A stretch of 64,000 nucleotides of DNA, taken from contig JACPJO010000004.1 of NCBI GenBank assembly GCA_016187485.1, positions 121,349-185,348 on the forward strand, read 5' to 3'. The notes beneath the pieces are model-generated. The model was not told the origin of the DNA. It did no database searches and saw only the letters and a list, made by a program, of their open reading frames with translations. This stretch comes from Candidatus Uhrbacteria bacterium (GTDB lineage: Bacteria; Patescibacteriota; Patescibacteriia; UBA9934; UBA10169). The translations under genes and the position numbers were made by a program. This document shows, one piece after another, positions 37,405 to 47,479 of the stretch (position 1 is the first letter of the stretch; each line of letters begins with the position of its first letter).

Positions 37405-39134
37405 GCACGCACATGCCCTCTATTGAAGACCTCTTGAAGAAGCCCGCGCCAGGGGCCGGAGTTCGCGCAAAACTAGAATCCGAAAAAACGGCGCCAGAAA
37501 AATTTGAAGAGCGGATGACGTCCATTCAGTTGAAGGAGAAGGAGACGGCAATCGCAGAAGCCGCCGCAGGTTCCGGGGTTCCCTACGTCGCGCTACGCGG
37601 CCTCGCCATTTCTCCAGAAGCCCTCTCTCTTTTGCCCGAAACGGATGCGCAACACCTGCGGATGGTTCCCTTTTTTTGGGTGGGTTCGGAAGTGCGCCTT
37701 GCCGCAATACACCCAGAGGAGACCGCCGTCCAAGATGCGGCGTTTAGTTTGGGAGAACGCAACAAGGCACATATCGTGGTGTATCAAGTTTCCGAAGACT
37801 CTCTCGCCTATGGCCTCGGTCTATACGCGGCGCTTCCCAAAATCACCGCAATCATCAAAGGCGTGCGTCTTACGCAAGAAGAGATCGAGCGCTACCAGCA
37901 GGCCATGCAGGCGCTTTCTGATGTCGCCAAGCTCCTTACAAGCAATCGTGTTTCAGACACGGTCTCTATTCTCGTTGCTGCTGCTTTGCAATTCGACTCT
38001 TCCGACATCCACATCGAAGCTGAAGAGAACAGCATCGCCGTCCGATTCCGCATTGATGGTGTGCTTACCGACATCATGACCCTACCTAAAGACACATGGA
38101 AAAAAATGGTCGCTCGGCTCAAGCTGATCTCGGGTCTCAAGATCAACATCACCGACCGGCCACAAGACGGCCGCTACACGATTTTCTTAAATGAGGGGGA
38201 TACGGACGTGCGTGTTTCCACACTCCCCACGAATTGGGGCGAGTCGGTCGTCATGCGTATTCTGCGCCCCTCCTCCATTCGCGTAGAGTTTCACGACTTG
38301 GGGTTCCGTTCGAAGGCGTTTGCAAAACTGCAAGCGGAAATGCAGAAACCGCACGGGATGATCCTTACGACGGGACCCACCGGTTCGGGAAAAACCACGA
38401 CACTCTATGCCATGCTGCAAAAACTGAACACGAAAGATGTAAAGATTATCACGCTCGAAGATCCTATTGAGTATCACCTGGCGGGCATCAACCAGTCGCA
38501 AGTGGACGCGGCCAGAACCTACACGTTCGCGGCAGGACTCCGCTCCATCTTGCGCCAGGATCCGGACATCATCATGGTGGGGGAAATCCGCGATCTGGAA
38601 ACCGCTGAGACAGCCGTGAATGCGGCACTCACGGGTCACCTCCTCCTTTCCACCGTCCACACAAACGACGCGGCTGGCGCTATTCCACGCCTCCTCAACA
38701 TGGGCGTAAAAGGGTTCCTCCTCTCGCAAGCAGTCAATGTGGTTTTGGGACAGCGCTTGGTACGTCGCCTATGCGCCTCGTGCAAACAGCCAGCGGCTCT
38801 TTCGCCCGAAGACCTCACCCGCGCGCGCGAACAACTGGAATCTATCCCTGAAGCATCCGGCGAGCGTCTTGCATCGCTCGAGGGGCTTACGTTCTTTACG
38901 GCAAAAGGGTGCGATAAGTGTCACGGCGGATACAAAGGCCGGCTTGGTATCTACGAGGTCTTGCTTATGGATGCGCTTGTCGCAGAAAAGATGAAAGAAG
39001 GATCGATCTCCACCGAAGATATGCGCACAATCGCCGTCGCGCAGGGCATGGTCACGATGTTCCAAGACGGATTACTGAAAGCACTTGAAGGACTTACAAG
39101 TCTTGAGGAATTAACGCGCGTCGCCTCCACATAA
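37395..39134 (+). CDS. pilB: Type II/IV secretion system ATPase (PilB/GspE family)
   Basis: N-terminal GSPII_E_N domain, Walker A GPTGSGKTTTLYAML, Asp/His boxes and the tetracysteine motif CASCKQ...CDKCHGGYKGR. Confidence 0.85.
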   Translation: MAMSTHMPSIEDLLKKPAPGAGVRAKLESEKTAPEKFEERMTSIQLKEKETAIAEAAAGSGVPYVALRGLAISPEALSLLPETDAQHLRMVPFFWVGSEVRLAAIHPEETAVQDAAFSLGERNKAHIVVYQVSEDSLAYGLGLYAALPKITAIIKGVRLTQEEIERYQQAMQALSDVAKLLTSNRVSDTVSILVAAALQFDSSDIHIEAEENSIAVRFRIDGVLTDIMTLPKDTWKKMVARLKLISGLKINITDRPQDGRYTIFLNEGDTDVRVSTLPTNWGESVVMRILRPSSIRVEFHDLGFRSKAFAKLQAEMQKPHGMILTTGPTGSGKTTTLYAMLQKLNTKDVKIITLEDPIEYHLAGINQSQVDAARTYTFAAGLRSILRQDPDIIMVGEIRDLETAETAVNAALTGHLLLSTVHTNDAAGAIPRLLNMGVKGFLLSQAVNVVLGQRLVRRLCASCKQPAALSPEDLTRAREQLESIPEASGERLASLEGLTFFTAKGCDKCHGGYKGRLGIYEVLLMDALVAEKMKEGSISTEDMRTIAVAQGMVTMFQDGLLKALEGLTSLEELTRVAST

Positions 39135-39569
39135 AGGAGTCACGTCGATCGTGCGGGCAGTTTCTGTCGCTCCAAACTGAAACAGGATGTCCCACCCGGC
39201 GTCATGCCGGTTTTTTGTCTCCTCATCGGGCCACTCCACAACGATAATCGCGTCCTTCCTCTCCGCCCATTCGTCCAGTCCGAGATGTTTCCATGCACCC
39301 TCTGCAGAGGAGAGGCGATAAAAATCCGCATGGACAAGATACCGGATGATTGGATGCGTTGTTTTATACACATGCACGAGCGTGAACGTGGGACTCCGCA
39401 CAGGTGTCGTCGACCCAAGCGATTTGGCAAGCGCGCGGACAAACGCCGTCTTCCCCACGCCAAGCTCCCCGCGAAGCAGGGTCACCTCCCCGCCGCGCAT
39501 AGACGCAATCAAATCCTTCGCAACAGGAGAAAGTTCCTCTTCTCTTTCTGTGTGCCACGTTTTTGTCAT
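39111..39569 (-). CDS. tsaE: tRNA threonylcarbamoyladenosine biosynthesis protein TsaE
   Basis: ...GEVTLLRGELGVGKTAFVRALAKSLG... P-loop typical of YjeE/TsaE. Confidence 0.85.
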   Translation of the reverse strand: MTKTWHTEREEELSPVAKDLIASMRGGEVTLLRGELGVGKTAFVRALAKSLGSTTPVRSPTFTLVHVYKTTHPIIRYLVHADFYRLSSAEGAWKHLGLDEWAERKDAIIVVEWPDEETKNRHDAGWDILFQFGATETARTIDVTPLCGGDAR

Positions 39570-40570
39570 ACAAGCGAAAGATGCGGATCAGACTCAAGCG
39601 TCAGCGGGTCAACAAATAGTCCTTCCCGTGCTTTCAAAAGCCCCGCCACGCCGATCATCGCCGCGTTATCTGTGCAAAATTTCAACTCCGGAATAAGAAG
39701 GGGAAGACGGTGAGACGCGGCAAGCACATTCAGCCGCTCGCGCAGAGGCCGGTTCGCCGATACGCCACCCACCACCGTAAGCGACGCGGGAGCATACGCA
39801 CGGATCGCCTGCGCGGTTTTTCGCGCTAGTGTATCCACGACCGCTTCTTCAAAACTTGCAGCGATGTCGGCAAGAGAGTGAGGCGCGGCGGCTCCATCAT
39901 GCACCACCCGGCGAACGGCGGTTTTGAGTCCACTGAAACTTACTTCAAGTGTGTCAGCATCCATCATCGGGCGCGGAAACGCAATCGCCGAGGACGAACC
40001 CCCCTCTGCCAGTTGCGAGAGGGCCGGGCCGCCCGGGTATCCGAGCCCAAGCAACTTTGCCACTTTGTCGAACGCCTCCCCCGCGGCATCATCGCGCGTA
40101 CCGCCAAGATAGGTGCGATGAATAAAACTTTTAAACAAAACCCACTCCGTGTGACCGCCAGATACGATCAGTGCAAGAAGAGGAAACAATGGAGTTTCCT
40201 GTCCCAGCCAGGCGCTCGCCACATGCCCTTCCAGATGATTAACCGCGACGAGCGGCTTTTGCCAAAGGTGCGCAAGCGTCTTGGCACACTCCACGCCTAC
40301 GCGAAGTGCCACGACAAGTCCGGGTCCTTGCGTGACAGCAATGGCATCTATATCTTCTCCCCTTCGCGACACCCCGGCTTCTTTAAGGACAGGAAAAAGG
40401 CTTTCCATATGCATGCGCGCCGCCACCTCCGGCACGACACCACCATATTTGGCATGGGTCTGCATTTGAGAAGAGACAAGATTTTTCTCAACAATAAACT
40501 TTCCCTCTTGTTCAGAAACAATGGCCACCGCCGTTTCATCGCAGCTTGTTTCAATCGCCAACACGCGCAT
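39566..40570 (-). CDS. tsaD: tRNA N6-adenosine threonylcarbamoyltransferase TsaD (start at MRVLAIETSCDET; the ORF track runs 645 nt further upstream)
   Basis: Kae1/TsaD motifs: ETSCDETAVAIV, GVSANRPLRE, metal-binding HxxH (NHLEGH). The upstream 215-aa extension is Arg/Gly/Ser-rich junk overlapping another gene. Confidence 0.9.
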   Translation of the reverse strand: MRVLAIETSCDETAVAIVSEQEGKFIVEKNLVSSQMQTHAKYGGVVPEVAARMHMESLFPVLKEAGVSRRGEDIDAIAVTQGPGLVVALRVGVECAKTLAHLWQKPLVAVNHLEGHVASAWLGQETPLFPLLALIVSGGHTEWVLFKSFIHRTYLGGTRDDAAGEAFDKVAKLLGLGYPGGPALSQLAEGGSSSAIAFPRPMMDADTLEVSFSGLKTAVRRVVHDGAAAPHSLADIAASFEEAVVDTLARKTAQAIRAYAPASLTVVGGVSANRPLRERLNVLAASHRLPLLIPELKFCTDNAAMIGVAGLLKAREGLFVDPLTLESDPHLSLV

Positions 40571-40644
40571 AAGTGTCCGTAGAGTACCTGACAATACTTG
40601 GTAACGAAAGACCGGCGAAGCCGGTCGTAAGAAGAGAAAACGAG

Positions 40645-42120
40645 CTACTCCTTCCAGTGAGCCTTGCGGAGCACGAGCCCGATGGATGCACCCACCGAAG
40701 GGACAGGCGGTTCCCCGACGGCAAGAAGGGCGCCGCCGCCAATCTCGATACGCAGTCCCGCCGCTTTCGACGGCCAGAGCGGGATTTCCACTCCGCCCAT
40801 CGCGATGGGTCCCACCCTGGCGGGCGAAGTACCGGGAAGATTCGAGAACGTGAAACGCGCCTGCATGCCGACCCACGGCTTCACCTGCCGTTCGGGGCGC
40901 AACGAGAGTCGGAGGCCCGCACGAAGAGCGGGAAGAAGAAGCGGCACCGAACCGTAGCCCGAGAACGCTGCCTCGCCGCCAAGTTCGAGTTCGACAGGCC
41001 CCTTGAGCCGGAAATCGCCGAGCACCGCGATGTCCACCCAGCTCGTGCCATAGAAGAGGTACCCCGCTGAAATGGCGAGACCGACCGGTCCACTCGTCAC
41101 GTCGTGACGAGAGGTGTAGCGCTCGACCGGAGCTCCCGCAAGATAGGTAAGCGGGCGCTTGGCGTTGCGGTCGTATGTGTAAATGAACGGGGGTGACTCT
41201 TCTCCCTCCGGCCACACCGCAACCGTCACGTTTCCCTTTTCGCGGCCGAAGAGTGTCTCCTGCACCAGACGCGCGTCCACATCATCCGGTCGGCGTCGCA
41301 GCAGATGCCGAATCCCCTCCATCGAGACGATGTGCGCACCGTTCTGCACATTCCACAGTCGCGTTTGCCAGGGACCATCTTCAATGCGCCACTGCATCAC
41401 ATGCTCCCCCGGCAGAACCGAGAGACCGCCGACTTCCTCGCCTACATGCACCAGATGATCACGACCGTCCACGAGGAACGCCGTAAGCGTCAGGCCCGCC
41501 AGCGAGTAGCGGATCGCCACGCGTGACTCCGATTCGGCCTCGGCAACAGCCGTGTTATACACGGCTTCGAGTTCCGCACCGAAATCGCTGTCCCACTCGG
41601 GGTGTCCCCGCAAGACGATGGATTGACGGAAGAGCGTTCGGGCCACAGCGGCGCCGGCGGTCCAGTGCGCATGGATGCCCCGCAGAGTAAGCACGCGAGC
41701 CAGTTCTTCGGGCTTGAGACCCTCTGTGGCACAGGGCAAAGCCGCCACCAAGTCGTCGAGATAGATGTCCGCCTCCTCAAGATCGAGCGCAACCAGCGCC
41801 TCCTTCGCCTTGGTCGTGTACTCCACGAAATTCTGGTGGAACGGGACACGGCCGGTCTGGCATCCACGGCCAGGAAATCCACCCACAACCCAGAACGGAT
41901 CGCCGGATTCCTGTACCGATGCCGGCAGGGTGACGTCCGAGATCCACACGGGCGCGATGCTGGACGTGTCCACGCCCTCACTCACGAGTGCCGCAAGTGC
42001 CCTCTCAAGCGACACGCCGTCGTAGTAGAGGGTGGTCTGTGCCTCTGCCGCCGTCGGCAGAGCCAGAAGGACAAGCAGAGTTGTAAAGATACGCATGACT
42101 TCCTCCGTCGGTCCCTTCAA
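40645..42120 (-). CDS. Hypothetical secreted protein (signal peptide MRIFTTLLVLLALPTAAEAQ; likely start at ATG 42096)
   Basis: Clear signal peptide and about 480 aa of ordinary composition with a Gly-rich beta-like C-terminus. GC about 63%. Confidence 0.55.
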   Translation of the reverse strand: MKGPTEEVMRIFTTLLVLLALPTAAEAQTTLYYDGVSLERALAALVSEGVDTSSIAPVWISDVTLPASVQESGDPFWVVGGFPGRGCQTGRVPFHQNFVEYTTKAKEALVALDLEEADIYLDDLVAALPCATEGLKPEELARVLTLRGIHAHWTAGAAVARTLFRQSIVLRGHPEWDSDFGAELEAVYNTAVAEAESESRVAIRYSLAGLTLTAFLVDGRDHLVHVGEEVGGLSVLPGEHVMQWRIEDGPWQTRLWNVQNGAHIVSMEGIRHLLRRRPDDVDARLVQETLFGREKGNVTVAVWPEGEESPPFIYTYDRNAKRPLTYLAGAPVERYTSRHDVTSGPVGLAISAGYLFYGTSWVDIAVLGDFRLKGPVELELGGEAAFSGYGSVPLLLPALRAGLRLSLRPERQVKPWVGMQARFTFSNLPGTSPARVGPIAMGGVEIPLWPSKAAGLRIEIGGGALLAVGEPPVPSVGASIGLVLRKAHWKE

Positions 42121-42198
42121 AGAAGAGCCGAGAGAAGAGCTTGCCTAAATTTTCCCATCTCGTCAACCGTCCTCATTTCTGTTAGTCTACGGACATCT

Positions 42199-43050
42199 AT
42201 GCTGCAGCGCGAGAGAGCACAATGGGACGATTATGAGCTGTTGGACTCCGGAGGATTAGAAAAATGCGAACGGTTCGGTTCGGTTGTGTTGGTGCGCCCT
42301 GAACCACAGGCCCTTTGGGAAAAGGCTAACGCCGGAAGTCTGTGGAAAAAGGCTCACGCGCGCTTTGTGCAAGAAGGAGCAGAGGGCCGGTGGATCACCG
42401 CGCGTCCCTTGCCGGAGCCCTGGGAACTTCGCTGGAACAACTTGGTCTTCGGACTTGAGCTTACCTCTTTTAAACACACGGGCATTTTTCCCGAACAGGC
42501 AGCAAACTGGAAATATCTGGAGAGTGTTCTGCACCCGGGTTCTTCCGTTTTAAATCTTTTCGGATACACGGGTGCCGCGAGCCTTGTCGCCGCAGGATGC
42601 GGAGCCCACGTGGTGCATGTGGATGCCAGCAAACCCTCTGTGACGTGGGGAAAAGAAAATGTGAAACGGTCAGGGTTGGAGGGCCGGCAGATACGCTGGA
42701 TTGTGGATGACGCCAAAAAATTTGTCGCGCGCGAAGGTCGGCGCGGCCACCGTTACCATGCCATCCTCCTTGACCCGCCGGCATTTGGTCGCGGTCCGAG
42801 CGGCGAAGTGTGGAAGTTTGAACGTGACCTTTTCCTTACCCTGAAAGAATGCGGGAAGATCACTGCAGAACATGGACATGTACTTGTGAACGCTTACTCG
42901 CTCGGTTTCTCTGCCGTCATTATCGAACAAGTTGTGAAAAGCGCCCTTCCTTTCGTGCGCGAAACGGAGACGATCGAACTTACGCTCCAAGAATCCACCC
43001 CGCGCGCCTTTGTCTTGCCCGGCGGCGTCACGGTGCGCGCCGTATGGTGA
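42199..43050 (+). CDS. Class I SAM-dependent rRNA methyltransferase (RlmI/RlmK-like)
   Basis: Start placed at MLQRERAQWDDYELLDSGG.... Contains ..LNLFGYTGAASLVAAGCGAHVVHVDASK.. (SAM site) and ..ILLDPPAFGRG... The ORF-track N-terminal extension overlaps the convergent secreted-protein gene. Confidence 0.75.
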   Translation: MLQRERAQWDDYELLDSGGLEKCERFGSVVLVRPEPQALWEKANAGSLWKKAHARFVQEGAEGRWITARPLPEPWELRWNNLVFGLELTSFKHTGIFPEQAANWKYLESVLHPGSSVLNLFGYTGAASLVAAGCGAHVVHVDASKPSVTWGKENVKRSGLEGRQIRWIVDDAKKFVAREGRRGHRYHAILLDPPAFGRGPSGEVWKFERDLFLTLKECGKITAEHGHVLVNAYSLGFSAVIIEQVVKSALPFVRETETIELTLQESTPRAFVLPGGVTVRAVW

Positions 43051-43715
43051 AGTTCCCCGTTATCCTCTACGAAGACAACCACCTCATTGCGGTAGAGAAG
43101 CCGGCGGGCCTTCCTATGGAGCCCGGCGGAAAGAGTCCCAAAAACCTTCTCGACGAAGTGAAGTCTTTCATCAAAACACGTGACCATAAACCCGGACGCG
43201 TTTTTTTGGGACTGGTACACCGGCTCGACCGGCCCGTGAGCGGCGTCGTGTTGTTCGCAAAGACAAGTAAAGCCGCCGCGCGGCTTTCCGCGCAGTTTCG
43301 TTTACACACCGTCGAGAAAATCTATCATGCCCTAGTGGAGACAGGAGGGTCGGTGCCGCCGAAGGGTTGGCAAACTCTCGAGCAATTTATTACAAAGGAG
43401 GAACCGGGAAAATGTGTGCGTGTGTCAGAGAATGGGGAAAGCAAGGGGCAGAAAGCCGTCATGAAGTTTTGCTTTCTTAAAGAGCGGCACGGAAAAGCCC
43501 TCGTGGAAATTAAGCCGCTTACGGGCCGACCGCATCAAATTCGAGCCGGCCTTTCTTCCCGCGGATTTCCCATATTGGGTGATGGTCTTTACGGGTCTAC
43601 GGAAGCCTATAACAAGGGAATCGCCCTTCATGCAATGTCCCTTTCTTTTGAACATCCCACAACAAAAGAGCGTGTCTATATCGAAAGTGTCGGAGATTTG
43701 TCGGAACAAATCTGA
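43044..43715 (+). CDS. RluA-family pseudouridine synthase
   Basis: Start at MVKFPVILYEDNHLIAVEKPAGLPMEP (ATGGTGA overlap with the upstream stop). Catalytic GLVHRLDRPVSGVVLFAKT. Confidence 0.85.
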   Translation: MVKFPVILYEDNHLIAVEKPAGLPMEPGGKSPKNLLDEVKSFIKTRDHKPGRVFLGLVHRLDRPVSGVVLFAKTSKAAARLSAQFRLHTVEKIYHALVETGGSVPPKGWQTLEQFITKEEPGKCVRVSENGESKGQKAVMKFCFLKERHGKALVEIKPLTGRPHQIRAGLSSRGFPILGDGLYGSTEAYNKGIALHAMSLSFEHPTTKERVYIESVGDLSEQI

Positions 43716-43735
43716 CAAGTCTCACAGAATTTCTA

Positions 43736-43762
43736 GGGCCATTTTCTGGCCTTTTTTGTTTG
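43736..43762 (+). terminator. Rho-independent terminator (GGCCAttttcTGGCC + TTTTTTGTTTG)
   Basis: Read directly, 21 nt after the rluA-family stop. Confidence 0.45.
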
Positions 43763-43833
43763 TTACCAGATTTCGCACACCTTTTCTCGGCAGGGATGGA
43801 GAAGTCCGGCATACTGGGCAAACGAGGTGGCCC

Positions 43834-44289
43834 ATGCAATTCCGATTCCTTCAGTTCTTTTTCTTCCGCGACAACACGCCCATCGATCGTACCGAAGAAA
43901 CCCCCTACGTTCTCGGGACGACGTTCTTCTTCCGGCGCGACGGCAATTTCTGCTTCATGGACACGCGGAAGCTCGATGGTGCACGCAGCACGCTTCATCT
44001 GTCGGAGGACGGGCGACGCCTGTGCCTCACCGACGAAGAGCTCACCTTCGTGCGTGTAGAGACGGACGAGGGCGATGCCCTGTATCGAGGACAGCGCGAG
44101 ATCGTCTGCGATAATGTGGTCGCTGCGCATTTCAAGGTAGACAGCATCACCGTGGTGGTCGTAACAAACCCTGACGTGTTCCAGCTCGATCCCATCGAGC
44201 GCACGGCCTTCGTGAACCCCCGTGGTCTGCACTTCAATAAGACCTCTAGGCAGTTGTCCCCCGCTCGTTCTTTCGGCGACGACTCCTAG
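43834..44289 (+). CDS. Hypothetical protein (about 151 aa)
   Basis: ATG with a GAGGTGG RBS 4 nt upstream (43824-30). Aromatic-rich globular composition. The competing minus ORF 43597..44232 has no RBS. Confidence 0.35.
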   Translation: MQFRFLQFFFFRDNTPIDRTEETPYVLGTTFFFRRDGNFCFMDTRKLDGARSTLHLSEDGRRLCLTDEELTFVRVETDEGDALYRGQREIVCDNVVAAHFKVDSITVVVVTNPDVFQLDPIERTAFVNPRGLHFNKTSRQLSPARSFGDDS

Positions 44290-44391
44290 TCGCTCGTTCC
44301 CTCCCTCGCCCTGCCTTCGGCAGGGTTTCGACTATCGGCTCCGCCCTCTTTTGCTATTGACAACTTCCCCAAAACTTTCTACGTTTAAATC

Positions 44392-45159
44392 ATGGACGCT
44401 ATGAAGAAGCCTCTTTACTCGCCGGAACTGTTGGAGACTCTGGGTATCGGCACAAAAGAGATGGATATTTACATGGCGCTCCTGCGGCTTGGCACAGCTC
44501 CTCTCCGCCTTGTGGCGGAAGAAGCCCATGTCAACCGCGGTCTGTGTTACGACGCTCTCAAGCGACTGGTCTCGCGAGGACTCGCGGGATACGTAGACGC
44601 CAAGCGTCATAGATATTTCCGTGCCGAGGACCCCGGGAGATTGCGCGCGCTTGCCACCAAAAAAGAAGTGGCGATCGAGGAAGCGCGCGAAGAGCTCGGT
44701 CGTCTCATCCCCCTCTTACAAGCCACCACGGGCGTGAGTGAATACCGCCCGGCAGTGCGCTATCTGGAAGGGACTGCAGGAGTGCATGATCTTTTAGAAG
44801 ATGTCTTGCGTGTAAGCGAGGAGACGCGAGACAGACTGTATCGCGTGTATTCCTCCGCGGGATTGCGCGACCTCATCTCTGCCGCATGGCCGAGATTCAA
44901 GGAGGAACGCGTCCGTCGAGGTGTGCGTGTACGCGCTATCTCGATCGGTGAAGGAGGGACGACGGTTGGCCTTGATGAGCGGCGATGGCTTTCCAAAAGT
45001 GCTGAAGCGCCATCTTACATCTTCATATACGCGGGCAAGACCGCCTGCGTAGCCCAAGACCGTCACCGCCAGCTATTTGGGGTGATTACCGAAGACGCTG
45101 CCATCGCCAAGACCCAGCAACTCATTTTTGATGCCCTATGGAAGCAACTGCCCTCGTAA
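44392..45159 (+). CDS. TrmB-like HTH transcriptional regulator
   Basis: N-terminal wHTH (..LLETLGIGTKEMDIYMALLRLGTAPLRLVAEEAHVNRGLCYDALKRLVSRGLAGYV..) and a C-terminal TrmB-type domain. Confidence 0.6.
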   Translation: MDAMKKPLYSPELLETLGIGTKEMDIYMALLRLGTAPLRLVAEEAHVNRGLCYDALKRLVSRGLAGYVDAKRHRYFRAEDPGRLRALATKKEVAIEEAREELGRLIPLLQATTGVSEYRPAVRYLEGTAGVHDLLEDVLRVSEETRDRLYRVYSSAGLRDLISAAWPRFKEERVRRGVRVRAISIGEGGTTVGLDERRWLSKSAEAPSYIFIYAGKTACVAQDRHRQLFGVITEDAAIAKTQQLIFDALWKQLPS

Positions 45160-45611
45160 CGCCGCCCTTTTACCCCAAGCACATTTCCGCCGGCACGGTC
45201 TTGTACCGTGTGAGTCCTGTAGGGGATTACCGATTCCTTATTATGTATCGCCGGAAATCGGGCACATGGCACCTGCCTAAGGGTACGCAACGTCCAGAAG
45301 AAACACTTGAAGAGACCGCCATGCGCGAGACGCAAGACGAAACTGGCATGACTCCCAAACTGGAGGAGTTCCTCGGCACTGTCGAGTCCACGTTCGAACG
45401 GAGTGGCGAACCCATCCAAAAAGAAACACACTACTACTTGGCGCGGTTGGCAGATGAGTTTTCCCGAATTCCAGACAATGAGCATGACATTCGTGTATTC
45501 GTTCATTTTCACGAGGCGGATCGGTTTCTGCGCGAAGGAACGATCTACGAAGAGGAGTGGGGGGTTCTTGAGGAGGCCTACGCACGGCTTCTCGAGCGCG
45601 AAGAGAAGTGA
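45138..45611 (+). CDS. NUDIX hydrolase
   Basis: Nudix box GTQRPEETLEETAMRETQDETG (Gx5Ex7REUxEExGU). Confidence 0.75.
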   Translation: MEATALVTPPFYPKHISAGTVLYRVSPVGDYRFLIMYRRKSGTWHLPKGTQRPEETLEETAMRETQDETGMTPKLEEFLGTVESTFERSGEPIQKETHYYLARLADEFSRIPDNEHDIRVFVHFHEADRFLREGTIYEEEWGVLEEAYARLLEREEK

Positions 45612-45692
45612 TGGCTTGCCAGAACTGGCAGGCCGCCACGTCCTTTCGATGGGCTCCAGTGTGCGTGCGCGCGGAAGCGGGAGAAGGGTTTC

Positions 45693-46556
45693 ATGGAAGT
45701 AGATGCAACGGTGTTGATCGTGATCGCTGCCCTCAATGAGGCCAGCGGTCTTCCCCAAACCCTGGAAGCACTCAGGAATGAGTGCGGAGAGGAGGCAGAA
45801 GTCGTCGTTGTAGACGACGGCTCAACAGACGAGACGGCACTCTTCGCCGAGCTGGGTGGGGCAAGCCTCATCCGGCAGGAGCAATGCACGGGCAAGTGCG
45901 CCGCTGTGATGCGGGGCATTCGCGAGCGGATCCAGCCGCATCACCGCGCCGTCGTTACCTGCGACGCGGACGGACAGCACCAGGCGGAAGACGTCCGCCG
46001 GGTTCTCGAAGCCCTCCGGAAGTACGACGTGGTCTTCACGTCGCGCTACCGGGGTGACTGCCCCATCGCCATCGGCGAGCCGCCGGTGGATCGGCAATTC
46101 CTGAACGCGATGGTCACGGCCGCGGTAGAACGCATCGTCCCGTGGGGTCTCACGGACCCGGTCTGCGGACTGCGCGGATTCCGGGTCCACATCGCGCGCT
46201 GGCTCCTCACGCAGGAGTTCGTGACGCAAGGCTACGGTCTCGAGCTTGAGACGGTCTTCCGTCTCTGCTTCCTGCAGGGAGCACGCACGGGCACAGCACC
46301 CTTCAGCATGACCGAGATTCCCATCCGGCCGGTCTATGCGGGGACGCCCAAGATGAGTGCCTACTACGCCGAGGGATCTCTACGTGTGGCCGAACGCTCC
46401 ACGCGAGCCGCCGACCACCTCGAGACGCTCACGAGTCTCATGCGCGCCTTCGGGTTCCATACCATTCCGCGGGATCAAGGTCTCGTGGAGCTGGTGCGGG
46501 CCAGCGGGGCCCACCTGCGCGCCGTGGGAGGCCCATCGGGTCCCACCGCCGCATAG
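45693..46556 (+). CDS. Family 2 glycosyltransferase (dolichyl-phosphate sugar transferase-like)
   Basis: VLIVIAALNEASGLPQTLEAL...VVVVDDGSTDETA...TCDADGQH (DxD and catalytic motifs). Confidence 0.8.
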   Translation: MEVDATVLIVIAALNEASGLPQTLEALRNECGEEAEVVVVDDGSTDETALFAELGGASLIRQEQCTGKCAAVMRGIRERIQPHHRAVVTCDADGQHQAEDVRRVLEALRKYDVVFTSRYRGDCPIAIGEPPVDRQFLNAMVTAAVERIVPWGLTDPVCGLRGFRVHIARWLLTQEFVTQGYGLELETVFRLCFLQGARTGTAPFSMTEIPIRPVYAGTPKMSAYYAEGSLRVAERSTRAADHLETLTSLMRAFGFHTIPRDQGLVELVRASGAHLRAVGGPSGPTAA

Positions 46557-46578
46557 CCAGCAAGCCCTTTCTTCTTCC

Positions 46579-46608
46579 AGAGCACGCATGTGCTCTGTTT
46601 CATTTTAT
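46579..46608 (+). terminator. Terminator hairpin AGAGCACgcatGTGCTCT + GTTTCATTTT
   Basis: Read directly after the GT2 stop. Confidence 0.4.
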
Positions 46609-46615
46609 GAGGCCC

Positions 46616-47479
46616 TTATTGCGCATCGGAGAATATCTGTGTGAAGTAGTATATGCCGTTTGACCCAATGGCAATGCCGATGCCTGTCGTGTCAAATACT
46701 CTCCGTTCAATGTTTTCTTTGTGATCTGTGCTCTCCATCCATCCGTTCACCGCAACGTGCACTGGATCGCGCGCGTTGTTCGCCGCAACATTTTCCGCAA
46801 TCATTCCCGCATCCAGGAACGTACGAATGTCTGCCACCCGCTCATTGAACCCATCATGCCCTACGCTGGCAGTTCCGTTGGCCATGTTTTGACTGTGAAT
46901 TTTTGCGCTTGCGGCAAGTTGGTCGTTCCACACCAGCCGGCCGAGACCCGCGTTGGCACGAACATCGTTGATTTTCTGAAACACAGACTGCTCAAGCTCG
47001 CCAGAGGCATTTACCGATAACGTCGCCGCAGGAATTTTCTCCAAGTCCGCAGTGGAAATACCAAGCCCCTTCTCACTCATGAGGAGAAAAGCGCGTGTGG
47101 GGTTCCCAAGAAAAGATCCGCGGCGAGTAACAGGATCTACGTAGTACGCTTCCCCCCGTGATTCCACGTCAAGAAGAATACGACCAGAGAGACGCCCGGG
47201 AAATTGCGCAGAGAGATATGTGCTAAGTTCATCATGTTTGATGCCGAGACCTTTGTTCCGCATGATCCAAAAGGCGTCCGCTGGCCGACCAAGGTAATAA
47301 CGTTTGTTATCGAGCGGATCTACATAATATGCTTCGCCCCGCGATTCCACCTGCAGAAGAATTCTTCCGGCAAGCCTTTGCGTGAGCGAAGGAGATTCCG
47401 CGGTATACGTGATTTGTACAGGCGGCGAGAGAAGCCCAAGCGAGAGCAGGCCACCGAGGGTTGTAGAAAGATATGGCAT
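46616..47479 (-). CDS. Secreted CAP/SCP/PR1-like domain protein with two N-terminal 45-aa repeats
   Basis: Signal peptide. The duplicated GRILLQVESRGEAYYVDP... module occurs twice. C-terminal CAP signature ...GIGIAIGSNGIYYFTQIF. Confidence 0.75.
   Translation of the reverse strand: MPYLSTTLGGLLSLGLLSPPVQITYTAESPSLTQRLAGRILLQVESRGEAYYVDPLDNKRYYLGRPADAFWIMRNKGLGIKHDELSTYLSAQFPGRLSGRILLDVESRGEAYYVDPVTRRGSFLGNPTRAFLLMSEKGLGISTADLEKIPAATLSVNASGELEQSVFQKINDVRANAGLGRLVWNDQLAASAKIHSQNMANGTASVGHDGFNERVADIRTFLDAGMIAENVAANNARDPVHVAVNGWMESTDHKENIERRVFDTTGIGIAIGSNGIYYFTQIFSDAQ

Noticed and set aside
40571-41215. 215-aa N-terminal extension of the tsaD ORF (39566..41215) in the ORF track
   Set aside because: TsaD homology begins exactly at MRVLAIETSCDET (ATG 40570). 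The extension is Arg/Gly/Ser-rich and overlaps the secreted-protein gene on the same strand in another frame.
41602-42198. N-terminal extension of the methyltransferase ORF (41602..43050)
   Set aside because: It overlaps the convergent secreted-protein gene. MTase similarity starts at MLQRERAQ (42199). The extension has no RBS or start context.
43597-44232. 211-aa minus-strand ORF competing with 43834..44289 (+)
   Set aside because: It has no RBS and overlaps the rluA-family 3' end. The plus-strand ORF has a GAGGTGG RBS and better composition. Neither is certain.
45063-45758. 231-aa minus-strand ORF
   Set aside because: It lies antisense to the TrmB-like regulator and the NUDIX hydrolase, both of which carry recognisable motifs.
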